Below are positions 12,314 through 22,298 of a stretch of 64,000 bases of DNA, piece by piece. Every line of letters begins with the position of its first letter. Within the stretch, counting starts at the first letter, position 1. This stretch comes from Nitrospirota bacterium (lineage in GTDB: Bacteria > Nitrospirota > JACRHJ01): the NCBI GenBank assembly GCA_963733375.1, contig CAVTDB010000026.1, forward strand, positions 1-64,000, in the 5' to 3' direction. Both the position numbers and the translations under genes were made by a program. A model generated the notes under the pieces. The model was not told the origin of the DNA. It searched no databases and saw only the letters and a program-made list of their open reading frames with translations.

Positions 12314-15025
12314 TTAATAGTTGTGACACTGCGTGCACAAGCTGCCGTTATCGTCATGGACGACGGCGTTCTCAAGTATCGTCGGCGCGTCTCCCGTCTC
12401 TGAGGTCGCGGTGCGCACGGTGATGTGACTGGAGTTCGAGTAGCTCTGCGGGTTCGCATTGTGCGGCCTGTGGCAGCTGTCGCAGTCCATCTGGTTGGTG
12501 CCGGGGTACGATACCGCGCCCTGGTTCGCCACTTGAGCGTTGCCGTCGGTGCCGTTAGCCGCGCCGCCTGTGCCGGTGGCAGTCGGACGGGTCGTCCCGG
12601 CGTCGGCGTAAGTGCCGTCCACATCATCCGTCACGAGCGACGTTATCGCCCTGCCGACGTCCTTCGCCTTCGTGATGAACCAGCCGGTCATCGGGTGCAT
12701 GCCCGGCGGGGCGATGGTGTTCGTACCAGTTCCGCCCTGGCCGTCGCCTATGACGACACTCGCGTTGACCGGGCCGGGATTGGTGCCCGTACCTAGAATA
12801 TCCTTGTTCTGGTTGTGGCAGCCCACGCAGAACTCGGAGCCGACCGTCCTGGCGTTGGTCTCGGTCAGGCCCAGGCCGGCGCCCTTGGAGGTGTCGGAGC
12901 CTGTGCTGTAGCTGTCATCCCTGTAGTCCTGCAGGAGCAGGTTGTTCTCCCAGCCGGAGGACACGTTCGCCAGTGCCGCCGTCCTGCCTATGTTGCCAAG
13001 GACCGAGTGGCAGGACTCGCAGCCGACAAACTGGATGTTGCCGCCGCTGGCAACATTGGGCGTGAACTCGTGGCCGCCGCTCGTGTAGTCGGCAAAGCCC
13101 GGAAGCACGGTACCGTACTTGGAGTAGTCTCTCCTGTGGCCGGTATGGTCCGGAATCATGGGGCCCGGATTCGAAGCGGGGGTGGTGTTCCAGGCGCTGG
13201 TCTTGACGTGGATGCCGACCGTTCCACCATTGCTGGCGATGGCGCCCATGTAATGCGTTTGCGCGCCAGTCCCTTCGGCGCCGGTCTTCACCGCCGTACC
13301 CAGGCGGTTGATAGGCGCTATGTTAGATCCGGGCTCTATCAAGCTGGTGCCAAGGAAATGGCAGCTCGTGCAGCCGGTGGTACTGCCGCTGTTAGCAAGC
13401 TGGGTGGTAGGAGCGGTAATGGCCTGGTTCCAGGGAACCACGCTAGTCGAGCCGGTGTTGTCTCCGGCCACATTGTAGAACGAGAACCCGTTGTGCGCCT
13501 CGCCGCCGCCGCCCAAGGCACTGACGTGGCAGTCGATGCATTTGACCGTCGAGCCCGCAAGGTTGTCTATGTTGGAGTGGTGCCCGAGCGGTGCTACCGA
13601 CGGGTGGCACGATTTGCACCAGTCGGTCGTGTCGCCGCCCTGCCTTCTCAGCCTGGCGCCGGCTCTGTGGGCGCTGTGGCAGGAGGTGCAGATGATCTGA
13701 TATCCGCTGTACAGGCCTGACGGGGTGACGGTGCCTTGCGGCCATGTTTCAAGAGACCTGTCCACCGTCACACGGGCGCTGCCCGTGAAGTTGTGGCTTG
13801 GCCCAGACCATGACGTGATGAAGGTATTTATGGCATCGGTCGATATCGCGCCGTCTATCGGATGGTCGCCGCCGCTGGTGCCGCCAACAATTGTTCCCCA
13901 CCTGCCGGCCCCGGTGCGACCGTGGCAGGTCTCGCAGAGGTCGGCCCTGCCGTCGGGGGTCGCACCGCCGTTGCCGGTGTTGCTGACAGCCAGGAGCCAT
14001 GTGGCATCGGCGCGGGGCCCGGTGCCGCCGATCAATAGGGTGGTGTCTGTCGCCGGGTTATGCACCGCATGGCAGGTCTGGCAGCCTATGAAGTGCGTTG
14101 CATCCGCTGAACTCCCAGGCGCGGCAATGACGAGGTTGGCCGTGGGTATGGGAGCGCCATTATTGTCCAGGAACTTGCCGCCAAGGTTCCAGCCTCCGAG
14201 GGCGGGGGCGGAGTCGGCTAAAGGCGCTGTCGAGTTAAGGGGGGTCGCCGACAGGCCTTTATAAAAGCCGTTTTCCGAAGCGAGATCGTTGTTGCCGTAT
14301 GCGATATTGACTGGATGGTTATGGTTCCAGCCGCCCGTCGGGGTGCCCGTAACGCCTGCGGGGTCTGCTGCTGTTAGGGTTGCGCCGGTGGTTCCACCGT
14401 CGGTCGTATTGTCAGCGGTGGTGAGACCGGTCGACTCTCTCGTGGTATGACATTCACCGCAGAAATCGGAAATCGGTTCGGGGCTGGCCTTGGTGGCGCG
14501 GAGGAACGGCCTGATGCCGGAGCCGTTTCCAGGTTCGTCCTGGTGCGGGTTGTGGCACGAGGTGCATTCCATTTTGACGTCTGCGGCGGTGTACGGCTTG
14601 CCGCTGATAGCCGCGTCGTTGTTGTCAAGGTTGCCGAGCACGGTCATCGAGCTGCCGTGGGAAGTGTCGGAGAAAGCGCCAGCGTGGTCAGTACCCACCA
14701 CGTAGAACATGTTGTGCGAACCCTGGCTAGCCTTGTTGGTTTTACCGAGGAGCACCCCGGTAGGCAGATGGCACAGGCCGCAAAGGCTGACGCCGATCTG
14801 CCTGGAAGTGGACCAGTTATGAAAAGTTCCGGGAAAGGGAGTAAGCGCCAAACGCCACAAGCGCTTGGAGCCTGCCGCGGCGTGCGGCACGTGACAGGCT
14901 TCGCAGAGGCCGTAGGAGTAGGTTGGGCCGGATAAATCATGCGGCGAATTCTGGATCGCGGCGAAAGCGGGGTAGGCCGTGAGGGCCAGCGCCGCCGCGA
15001 TTAGAACCGTTAATAATTTTTTCAT
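12314..15025 (-). CDS. Multiheme c-type cytochrome A, 903 aa, 14 CXXCH, OmcE-like N-terminal module
   Basis: Intact ORF; GGAGAG RBS before MKKLLTVLIAAALALTAYPAFA signal peptide. CEACH, CGLCH, CTSCH, CGECH, CQTCH, CETCH, CTSCH, CKSCH, CIDCH, CTSCH, CESCH, CVGCH, CDSCH, CTQCH. Confidence 0.95.
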   Translation of the reverse strand: MKKLLTVLIAAALALTAYPAFAAIQNSPHDLSGPTYSYGLCEACHVPHAAAGSKRLWRLALTPFPGTFHNWSTSRQIGVSLCGLCHLPTGVLLGKTNKASQGSHNMFYVVGTDHAGAFSDTSHGSSMTVLGNLDNNDAAISGKPYTAADVKMECTSCHNPHQDEPGNGSGIRPFLRATKASPEPISDFCGECHTTRESTGLTTADNTTDGGTTGATLTAADPAGVTGTPTGGWNHNHPVNIAYGNNDLASENGFYKGLSATPLNSTAPLADSAPALGGWNLGGKFLDNNGAPIPTANLVIAAPGSSADATHFIGCQTCHAVHNPATDTTLLIGGTGPRADATWLLAVSNTGNGGATPDGRADLCETCHGRTGAGRWGTIVGGTSGGDHPIDGAISTDAINTFITSWSGPSHNFTGSARVTVDRSLETWPQGTVTPSGLYSGYQIICTSCHSAHRAGARLRRQGGDTTDWCKSCHPSVAPLGHHSNIDNLAGSTVKCIDCHVSALGGGGEAHNGFSFYNVAGDNTGSTSVVPWNQAITAPTTQLANSGSTTGCTSCHFLGTSLIEPGSNIAPINRLGTAVKTGAEGTGAQTHYMGAIASNGGTVGIHVKTSAWNTTPASNPGPMIPDHTGHRRDYSKYGTVLPGFADYTSGGHEFTPNVASGGNIQFVGCESCHSVLGNIGRTAALANVSSGWENNLLLQDYRDDSYSTGSDTSKGAGLGLTETNARTVGSEFCVGCHNQNKDILGTGTNPGPVNASVVIGDGQGGTGTNTIAPPGMHPMTGWFITKAKDVGRAITSLVTDDVDGTYADAGTTRPTATGTGGAANGTDGNAQVANQGAVSYPGTNQMDCDSCHRPHNANPQSYSNSSHITVRTATSETGDAPTILENAVVHDDNGSLCTQCHNY

Positions 15026-15173
15026 GTAGCTCTCCTGCTGTTGTCGGTTGATTTTTAAATGCATTAAAATTGCACAAAAAACTAAAAACCTATCGCCTTA
15101 CCCCTTATTCACCTCCAATCCTTTTTATGGATATTTTTATTCAAAATCTAAAGTTCCCCTGAAAAAATTTAGA

Positions 15174-16840
15174 CTATTTAACGGACGGCGGCACGATATC
15201 CACCAGCCCATCTTGAAGCTGGAATACCGAAACCCGTCCCATCAGCCCTTCCACTACGTAAAGCCTGTTCTTGCTGTCTATGGCTATGCCGTTCGAAGCC
15301 GATATCAATCGGCCGGTCCTTTTTTTCGTTGCAGAGCGCGTAAAGGAACTTGCCGTCCTGACTGAATGCCTGCACGTTCACCCCGGCTGCGGCGAATACA
15401 TCGCCGTTCCCGTCCACCGCGACCCCGGTGGGCATATACAACTCGCCCGCGCCCTGGCCGTATTTCCCTATGAAGTTCCTGAACTTCCCGTTCCTGTCTA
15501 TGACCTGGTACTTCGCCTGGCCATATCCAAAACGACAAGGTCTCCGTTTTTAAGGATGGCGGAATATCCGGGCGTATTCATCAGGAGCTTGTCGCGCCAT
15601 TTTCTCTTTTCTTCCTCGTTAGGGGGTCCCCGTCCAGTCCGACAGGTGCTTGTTCTCGGAGTTGTAGAGGTGATGCAGTTCCCTTGCTGGTCGCTTATGT
15701 AAACAGTCCCAGTCTTTCGCCACGGAGATCGCGTGGTTCCTGGGGGTAATGCGTTTTTCGGCGTAGTCGTGAATCCTGGAGATATCGGTAGTTATTTTCC
15801 CCAGGGGCCTGCCCGAGAAATCGAATATGTATACGTCCGGGTTCCCGTTATCGCTTACGTAGACAGGGATTTCCCGCCCTGGCCTATCGCAAGTCCGAAC
15901 GCGGGATGCCGACCTTCTTCCCCTCTACACCGTCTTTGCAGAACCTGAACTGGAAGTCGCCGTCTAAGTTATAGACCATGACGCCGCCGTAATCGGCGGA
16001 GGTGACGTATATGTGGCCGACCGCCTCGTCAACCGCGACGTCCACGCACATGCGGGGGGTCGCATTCGGATTCTGTTCGAGGTCGCTTTCCTTCGGTATC
16101 CTGAACAGGAGCTTCGCGGGCCTCATCTTCGTGGGCTGACTTTTCCTCCGCAATTTTTTCCTCGGCCTTGACCTGGGCGGGGGAGGGGATGGAAGCCGAT
16201 ATCTCGTTGGAATATTTCGTCTCGTTGAACTGGCTGTCCACGGTGGTGACGGTGTAGTAGTAGGTCGTGCCCGGCTGTAAGTCGGTATCCTCGAAGGTGT
16301 CCGTGGAAGAAGAACCGATGAGGGCGAAGTCCTTGCCCTTCACCTTGGGCCGGTAAACGTTCACCCCGACCATGTCGGTCCCGACCGCGTTTTCCCACAT
16401 TATTCCGACGGAGTATTTATTGCCGGGGGCTTCCTTCAGGTGGGCTGCGACGAGCTTGGGGATCCTGAGGGGGATAAAGACCTTCTTCACTTCTTTCACG
16501 GTCGTGAGGGCCCATTCGGCGTCTTTGCCGTCTCTTTCCCGCCGACAACAGCCGCTACGGAATAATGAAAGGTCTTGCCGGAGGGGACGTCCTTGTCTAT
16601 GAACCTGTTGACTTTGGGCGCGCCGATAACCTTGGGCTTTGCCTTGCCTTCGGCCCGGTATACCTTGTATTCCGACGCGCCGGGGACGGGCGACCACTGC
16701 ATCAGGACGTTCTTATCGGAGAGCTTCGGATATCCGCCGAGAAACTGGATTTCACCGGCATAAGCGGCCGCGGCGCTCAAAAGCGCCCCGAAAATCGCCG
16801 CAAAAAACATTAACTTGAAGCCGTACGTAGAACTCGTCAT
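15174..16840 (-). CDS. Secreted FN3 + NHL-repeat beta-propeller protein (copy 1); heavily frameshifted
   Basis: Signal peptide; FN3 (MQWSPVPGASEYKVYR, DLQPGTTYYYTVTTVD); NHL-like blades (VDVAVDEAVGHIYVT, YMPTGVAVDGNGDVF, YVVEGLMGRVSVF). Stop TAG at 15174. Confidence 0.75.
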
Positions 16841-16919
16841 TTCCTTACCTCCAGCTTACTTATAAAAAACCCCCACGTGCAGGATTTTTTACTGTTAGTA
16901 CATTCATTAGTCAAAATAA

Positions 16920-16935
16920 TGCAATTCTCATGCCT
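16920..16935 (-). promoter_or_regulatory. Sigma54 (-24/-12) promoter of the cytochrome cluster
   Basis: Minus strand AGGCAT-GAGAA-TTGCA with correct GG-N10-GC spacing, 80 nt upstream of ATG 16840. Confidence 0.65.
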
Positions 16936-17069
16936 GTGATTTATTAATAGATTTTACTCTATCGGCGCGGAAGCCTTAAAAAAGCGGCCCGGCGGGAAGG
17001 TTATACCAATAACTTCAGGAAACCGGGTAATTATGGGCTTCTAAAAGCATCTCCACACCTCCCTCCAAA

Positions 17070-18985
17070 TTAAACTATCTTAACAACCGGCTGTAAAAAT
17101 ATAATATACACTCATAATAGCCTTGGCCGCATAAGCGCCGCCTATACCAGGTGCGCAATAATCGCGGAGCGTTGCGCATAATGGCTCAGCTATTTCCCGG
17201 CGCCCTGGAGCTGTCTTTGCAGCGCGACCGCCAACCGGTCCAGTTGGTCGTTCTGGAATCCAAGCTTCCTGGAAATCAGGTAAGCCCTGTAAGCTTCCCG
17301 CGGGCGCCCTTCGCTTGCCGCCGTCTGGGACCATACGGCCGCTTCCCAGCCGTAGATATCCAGTATCCCTTCCACCGCGAAGGCTTTATTGGTGCTGTCG
17401 TCCAGCGCCCCCCGCAGCAGTAGCGGTCCCATATCCTCCCGAGCGGTTCCGGATTTCCCGGCGGCGCGATCCAGGCGAGCCCTTGAGGCAACAGGTAATT
17501 CATCGGTATATTCAGCTGAACCGCGGAAGAGAAATCGAAATAGACGGAGGTCTTTTCCTTGAGCCTCCCTACATCCCGTCCACGTTTTTACGGAGGTCCG
17601 TCAGGGGGCGCGCGGAGAAAAGGCGATGCCGTACCTCCTGTACATCTCGGCTTCGCGGTGTCAATAATACCAGCCGTAGGTGAGGATTTCGGAATGGATA
17701 AACAGGACGTCGTCTCTGGTATCTTGACGCCCTGCCTGTACCAGACAGGGAAGACGCCGTTGTCGCCCCATGAGAATATGACGCTGAAAGGCTTCACCGA
17801 CTTCAGTTCGTTCCCCGCCGTGTCATACGCGAAGAAGTTATTCGAGTTGTCCATCCCTGCGCAATTGACAGCAAGAGAGGCCGCGGGCAGCACGAAGCAA
17901 AGACGCGGCGACGGCAGGTATGGCGGGCGATTTTTTGCAAGCTTTTCCCAGAGTAGCCGGACGGCGGCGGCCAGCGCGGGTATCAGGAAAATAAAGACCG
18001 GGTTATAATATTTTCCCAGGAGTCCCATATTTTTTATCGCGACGTCTGCCCAGGGTCAGAAACGTCATGCAGAAATAATACGATACCCCGGCGAACACCA
18101 TGAACAAAAGCCAGCGCCTGCCCCGGAGCCAGTACATGAGCGCCGCCGACATCAACACGCCGCCGCCCCCGCGGCCATCCTGGCCCCGGTAAGAAAATGA
18201 TGAGATGTTGCCAAGGAACAACCTGAACATCGCGCCGTACTTTTCCACTTCATGACCCATATGATATTTTCGAAGGTATCAGGCCGGCCCAGGTCGATAA
18301 GCGGCCTTGCATGTCCGCGGAGCGGCAGGTACAGGACGGAAACCAGGCCAGGACGAAGAGCCCGGCCGAACGATGAAGACGGGTGCGCGCCTGCCTCTCG
18401 CGTGGGACAGGTAGTAGACCGCAAATGCCGGGATTATGAAATAGGTTGTCTCATGGCAGACAAACGACAGGCCCATGAAAAAGGCGGACAGGTGAAGCCA
18501 TCTGACGTCCCGCGACTTCTCGAACCTTAACAGGGAGTAAGCGGTTACGGCCAGGAGGAAGATCGACAGGGTGCGGACGCGGTGATGACCGAGACGCCCC
18601 AGAAATAGCCGTAGAAGGCAAACGACAGCGCGCTCGCGGCGGCAAGCGCCCCGGCAAAGGGCATATCCTGGAGGGCGTCTTTGACCATCAGGAATAGGAC
18701 GTAAACGGAGCAGGCGGCAAAGAAGGCGGACATGACGTTAAGCCGGTAGGCGACGCTCCCCAGGGGCAGGAAGGTGAACGCCTTTCCCAGGATGCAGAAC
18801 AGCGGATATCCGGGGGGGTGCGGTATTCCCAACGACCAGGCGGCGGTAGCCAGCTCTCCGCTGTCCCAGAAGGTTATCAACGGCGCAAGCGTCAGCAGAT
18901 AAACCGTGAACGACCCGAAAAAAACGGCCGGGCCGAGAGACGTCCTCGCCAATAATCTCAACTTGCTATTTTCCTCTGGAGCCAT
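17070..18985 (-). CDS. DUF2723 / TMEM260-like membrane glycosyltransferase; frameshifted, 3' end approximate
   Basis: YLLTLAP.ITFWDSGEL..AAWSLGIPHPPGYPL signature; later YLPLR...P.IDLG.P and FSWGDNGVFPVWY segments. Confidence 0.8.
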
Positions 18986-18989
18986 TTCT

Positions 18990-20010
18990 TTACTTGGCCC
19001 CTACCAGGTCGCGAGGGCCTCCGCGGCCTCTGTAATGCTCCGCCGCCTTGTCGAAAGTCCCCTTCTTTTCGTAAGCCTTGCCCAATTCGAAGTTCGCGCG
19101 CGCGGGTCTTGGGTTATCCTTGACGGACTCGTTTAACATTTCAAGACCCTTGTCCACCTGTCCCAGCGCGACCATGCACGCCCCAAGCCCCGTCTTGGCG
19201 TCACTGGATTTTGGATTCTGCTGGACGGCCGTATTAAACTGTTCGAGAGCCTTTGCCGTATCGCCATTGTCAAGGAGGGCGTAGCCGTATTTTATATGGG
19301 CGGCGGTCAACTCCGGCGCGGCTTCCACCGCCTGTGCAAGCTCCTCGCAGGCCTTACCGGGCATTTTACGCTCCAGCAGTGGCCCGCCAGCATCAGGTGC
19401 CTTTCGGCTATCGGCCCTGCCCGGAGAGGCTTTTTCAATCCCCTTCGGGTTAAGCTCGCTCTCAAGCTGCTCCCTCGTTATCTCGCCCAGCGCGAGCAGC
19501 ACGTTGCCTTCCACCGCATCCTGATACTTCCAGTCGTGCGAAGGCACCTGCACGGCCAGTTTCCCGTGCCTTGCCGACTACGCCGGTGGTGGGATAAAGG
19601 TACGCGCCCCATGCGCCGTAGACCTTGCGGCCGTCGTCGTATAAAATCGGGAACGTTATCTTTTCCTGCAGGGCCAGTCCCGCGATTTTGTCCCTCTCGT
19701 GCGCCTCCGAAACTATCGCTAAAAAAACGACGCCTTTCGGCGAGAGCTTGGGATATAACTTCTGGGCTGCCCTGAGCGCGAGTATGGAAATAGTGCTGCC
19801 TGCTCGGCCTGACGAAGATTACCACAACCACCTTCCCGGCGAGGCTTGATAGGGCGTAGGCTTTCCCGGAGTCGTCGGTCAGGGTAAAATCAGGGGCGTC
19901 TGGCCTTCCGCCACGTTTCTAAATGCCATCGCGGCATGGCAATGTCCCGCGAGCATCGCCCCTGCGACCAGGAAGGGAATGAATACTTTTAACAGGCGCT
20001 CAGCGTACAC
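18990..20010 (-). CDS. Secreted redoxin-like fold + TPR protein; frameshifted
   Basis: GGAG RBS and GTG 20010; signal peptide; AFRNVAEGQTP.FTL.D..GK...KVVVVIF (redoxin-like, no CxxC visible); C-terminal TPR helices (AHIKYGYALL, ANFELGKAYEKKG). Confidence 0.6.
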
Positions 20011-20126
20011 GGCAAACTCCTCATTAAGAATGGTTTTTCCCACAACACGGTAATTTACCACTCCGTCCCTTCTTTGTCCATAATTTTCTTGGTTATTCCT
20101 TGCGTGGAGGGGCTTTCTGGACAACA

Positions 20127-20157
20127 AAAAAAACCCGCCCTGAACAGGGCGGGTTTT
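20127..20157 (-). terminator. Rho-independent terminator after the rhodanese gene (bidirectional shape)
   Basis: AAAAAAACCCGCCCTG-AA-CAGGGCGGGTTTT. Confidence 0.85.
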
Positions 20158-20172
20158 GATTCATCAGGGTGC

Positions 20173-20517
20173 TTACGCGGCCAGGCGTTCAGGCCCTTCC
20201 GTTAAAAAGCCCGCTGTCTTCCAGTCTTTAAGGCCGCCTTCATATTCCAGGACTTTCTCGTATCCCATGTTCAGGAGCATCTCCGAGGCCTTGGTGCTTA
20301 GCGTGCACTCGAAGCCGCCGCAATAGACTATGACCTCCACGTCCTTGCCGAAATCCTTCTGGACGCGCATGGACAGTTCGGAAATGGGTACGGAGATGGC
20401 GCCTTTTATATGCTCCCTCTCGTAATCGTCACGTTCCCGGACGTCCACCAGTGCAACCCTGCCCGGAGATTCCTGAAGTTTTCGCCTCAGTTCGTCACGG
20501 TTAATCGACCTCACCAT
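20173..20517 (-). CDS. Single-domain rhodanese-like protein
   Basis: LVDVRE..DY...HIKGAISVP; active-site loop VIVYCGG; YEGGLKDW. Confidence 0.9.
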   Translation of the reverse strand: MVRSINRDELRRKLQESPGRVALVDVRERDDYEREHIKGAISVPISELSMRVQKDFGKDVEVIVYCGGFECTLSTKASEMLLNMGYEKVLEYEGGLKDWKTAGFLTEGPERLAA

Positions 20518-20545
20518 TTTAACCTCCAGTTAATCCTTTTTCTTC

Positions 20546-20605
20546 ATTATAACATATCCGCAAGCATTTAATCTTTTCCTGATAATTATAACATATCCGC
20601 AAGCA
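20546..20605 (-). repeat. 21-bp direct repeat, two copies, each containing an extended -10 (TGTTATAAT)
   Basis: ATTATAACATATCCGCAAGCA at 20546-20566 and 20585-20605. Confidence 0.85.
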
Positions 20606-21296
20606 CGCGCTCGAGCGCGGCGATCTCGTCTATGTAAAAATCCGGCCTGACCCCCTCGTACTCCCGCACGTCGCTCCTGACCAGCACCATCCGCATCCCC
20701 GCCTTCTTGGCGCCCCAGAAGGCCCTGAACGCGTTGTCTCCCACGTATAGCGCCTCGTCCGGCTTTACCCCAAGCGCGTCCAGCGCCATCTTGAAGTATC
20801 TGGCCTCCGGTTTCCTGAATCCATAGTCGGAGGACAGGAAGATATGCTCGAAGAACCATCCGAGCTTCAGCTGGTTTATCTCCGGCTCCGTATAGCACCT
20901 CTGCGCATCGGAGAGGAGCGCCATGGGGTACTGCTCGCGGAGACGCTCCAGCATCCCGTAAACACCGGGGAAGGGCTCGAACTGTTTCCTGGACAGCGAC
21001 CGGAAAAGCCTTGCCGCGATGAGGGCCGTCCGCGGCTCCGCCTTTCCCTCCCGCCTCGCCCCGATTATCCCGGTGAAGATGCGCCGCACGTCCACGTCCG
21101 GGTACTGCTCATGTTTCGCGTTCAGGCATTTTTTTATGCCCTTCAGATATTCGTCCTTCAGCTCGTCCGGAGGGATGAACACATGGCTGTACGAGAGGAA
21201 CTTGCTGAGTTCCCAGTACAATGCGGGGTCCTGCTCGTCCGTGCGGATGTTCACGAGGGTGCCGTAGAGGTCGAATATCAGGGCTTTTATGCTCAT
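20586..21296 (-). CDS. HAD-superfamily hydrolase
   Basis: IFDLYGTL motif I; RKPE; YVGDN. Confidence 0.9.
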   Translation of the reverse strand: MSIKALIFDLYGTLVNIRTDEQDPALYWELSKFLSYSHVFIPPDELKDEYLKGIKKCLNAKHEQYPDVDVRRIFTGIIGARREGKAEPRTALIAARLFRSLSRKQFEPFPGVYGMLERLREQYPMALLSDAQRCYTEPEINQLKLGWFFEHIFLSSDYGFRKPEARYFKMALDALGVKPDEALYVGDNAFRAFWGAKKAGMRMVLVRSDVREYEGVRPDFYIDEIAALERVLADML

Positions 21297-22298
21297 GAAA
21301 GCTTCAGCCCCCACGCAAGGCACTCTCTGGCCTCGGTAACGAGCTTCCTCCTGTGCTCCCTGTCCAGCCACGAGTTGCGGGCTATCCGAAGCTCGGTCAG
21401 CGCCATGTAGAAAGGAGTGCGGAGTACTATGCCCCTATAGACCTTATCCGGGTGGCGGAACCGCCCCGCATACTCGCGCAGGAAATGGCCGATATGCCTC
21501 TCCGAGATATACTTGTCACCTGTGCGCCACAGGAAAGAGTGCTTCAGTTCGCCGCATACCATCCCGACGTCCATCATCCGGTCGTCCGGCCTCATCCTCT
21601 CAAGGTCTATGGCGATGCAGCCCTTGCCTGCCGGGAATATGAAATTGGTGGGAGTCGCGTCGCCGTGCACCAGCACGCGGCGGTCTTCCCTCATGTAATC
21701 GCGCTCCATCCACGCGTCTTTCAGCTTTAGGAATATCTTTTTCAGGTGCTCGTCCACCAGCCCTTTTTTGGCCAGTTTCACAAGGATGCGGTCGAAATAA
21801 TCCGCCGGGCGCGCAAGCGAGACCGGGAAATCGGACGCGGTCCTTTTGTGGAACTCGGAGAGGAAGAAGGCGAGGTCACTGAGCCGCGTCTTCAGTCTAT
21901 CATGTCTGCCCTCGAAAGCCGCGCGCCTGATGTAATGGTTCAGGTCGCGCCCCTCGACGTATTCCTCCATGAGGCCCAGGCCCAGGCTCTTCTCGCTTGC
22001 CAGCGGGCGGACGACGCGGTTCGGCAAGCCGACAAGGCCCAGCGCCCTCGCTTTGCGCAGGTTATGGTACTCGCCGATGAGCTTCGGCCCCTTCGTATCG
22101 GCGGACGTATAGAACTTGCCGATCAGGCTTACGCGGGAGGCATGTTCCTGGTAGCGGTACACGAGGTTGAGCCGAAAAGGCGGCTGACATGGAAGGTGGG
22201 GTTTTTCACCTCCAGTTTCACCTTCGGCATCACGTCCTTCACCATGTACGAATAAAGCGGGGCCGCCGTCTCCAGCGTCCCAGGTATGCGGAAGTCAT
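21293..22298 (-). CDS. Aminoglycoside/choline phosphotransferase-like kinase; 5' frameshift
   Basis: VLVHGDATPTNF and IAIDLE motifs; start overlaps the NUDIX stop. Confidence 0.8.

Noticed and set aside
15026-15173. Possible c-di-GMP riboswitch or small ORF in the leader of cytochrome A (contains an orphan GGAGGTGA)
   Set aside because: No GEMM-like hairpin pair is recognisable and no suitable start codon follows; an Rfam scan would be needed.
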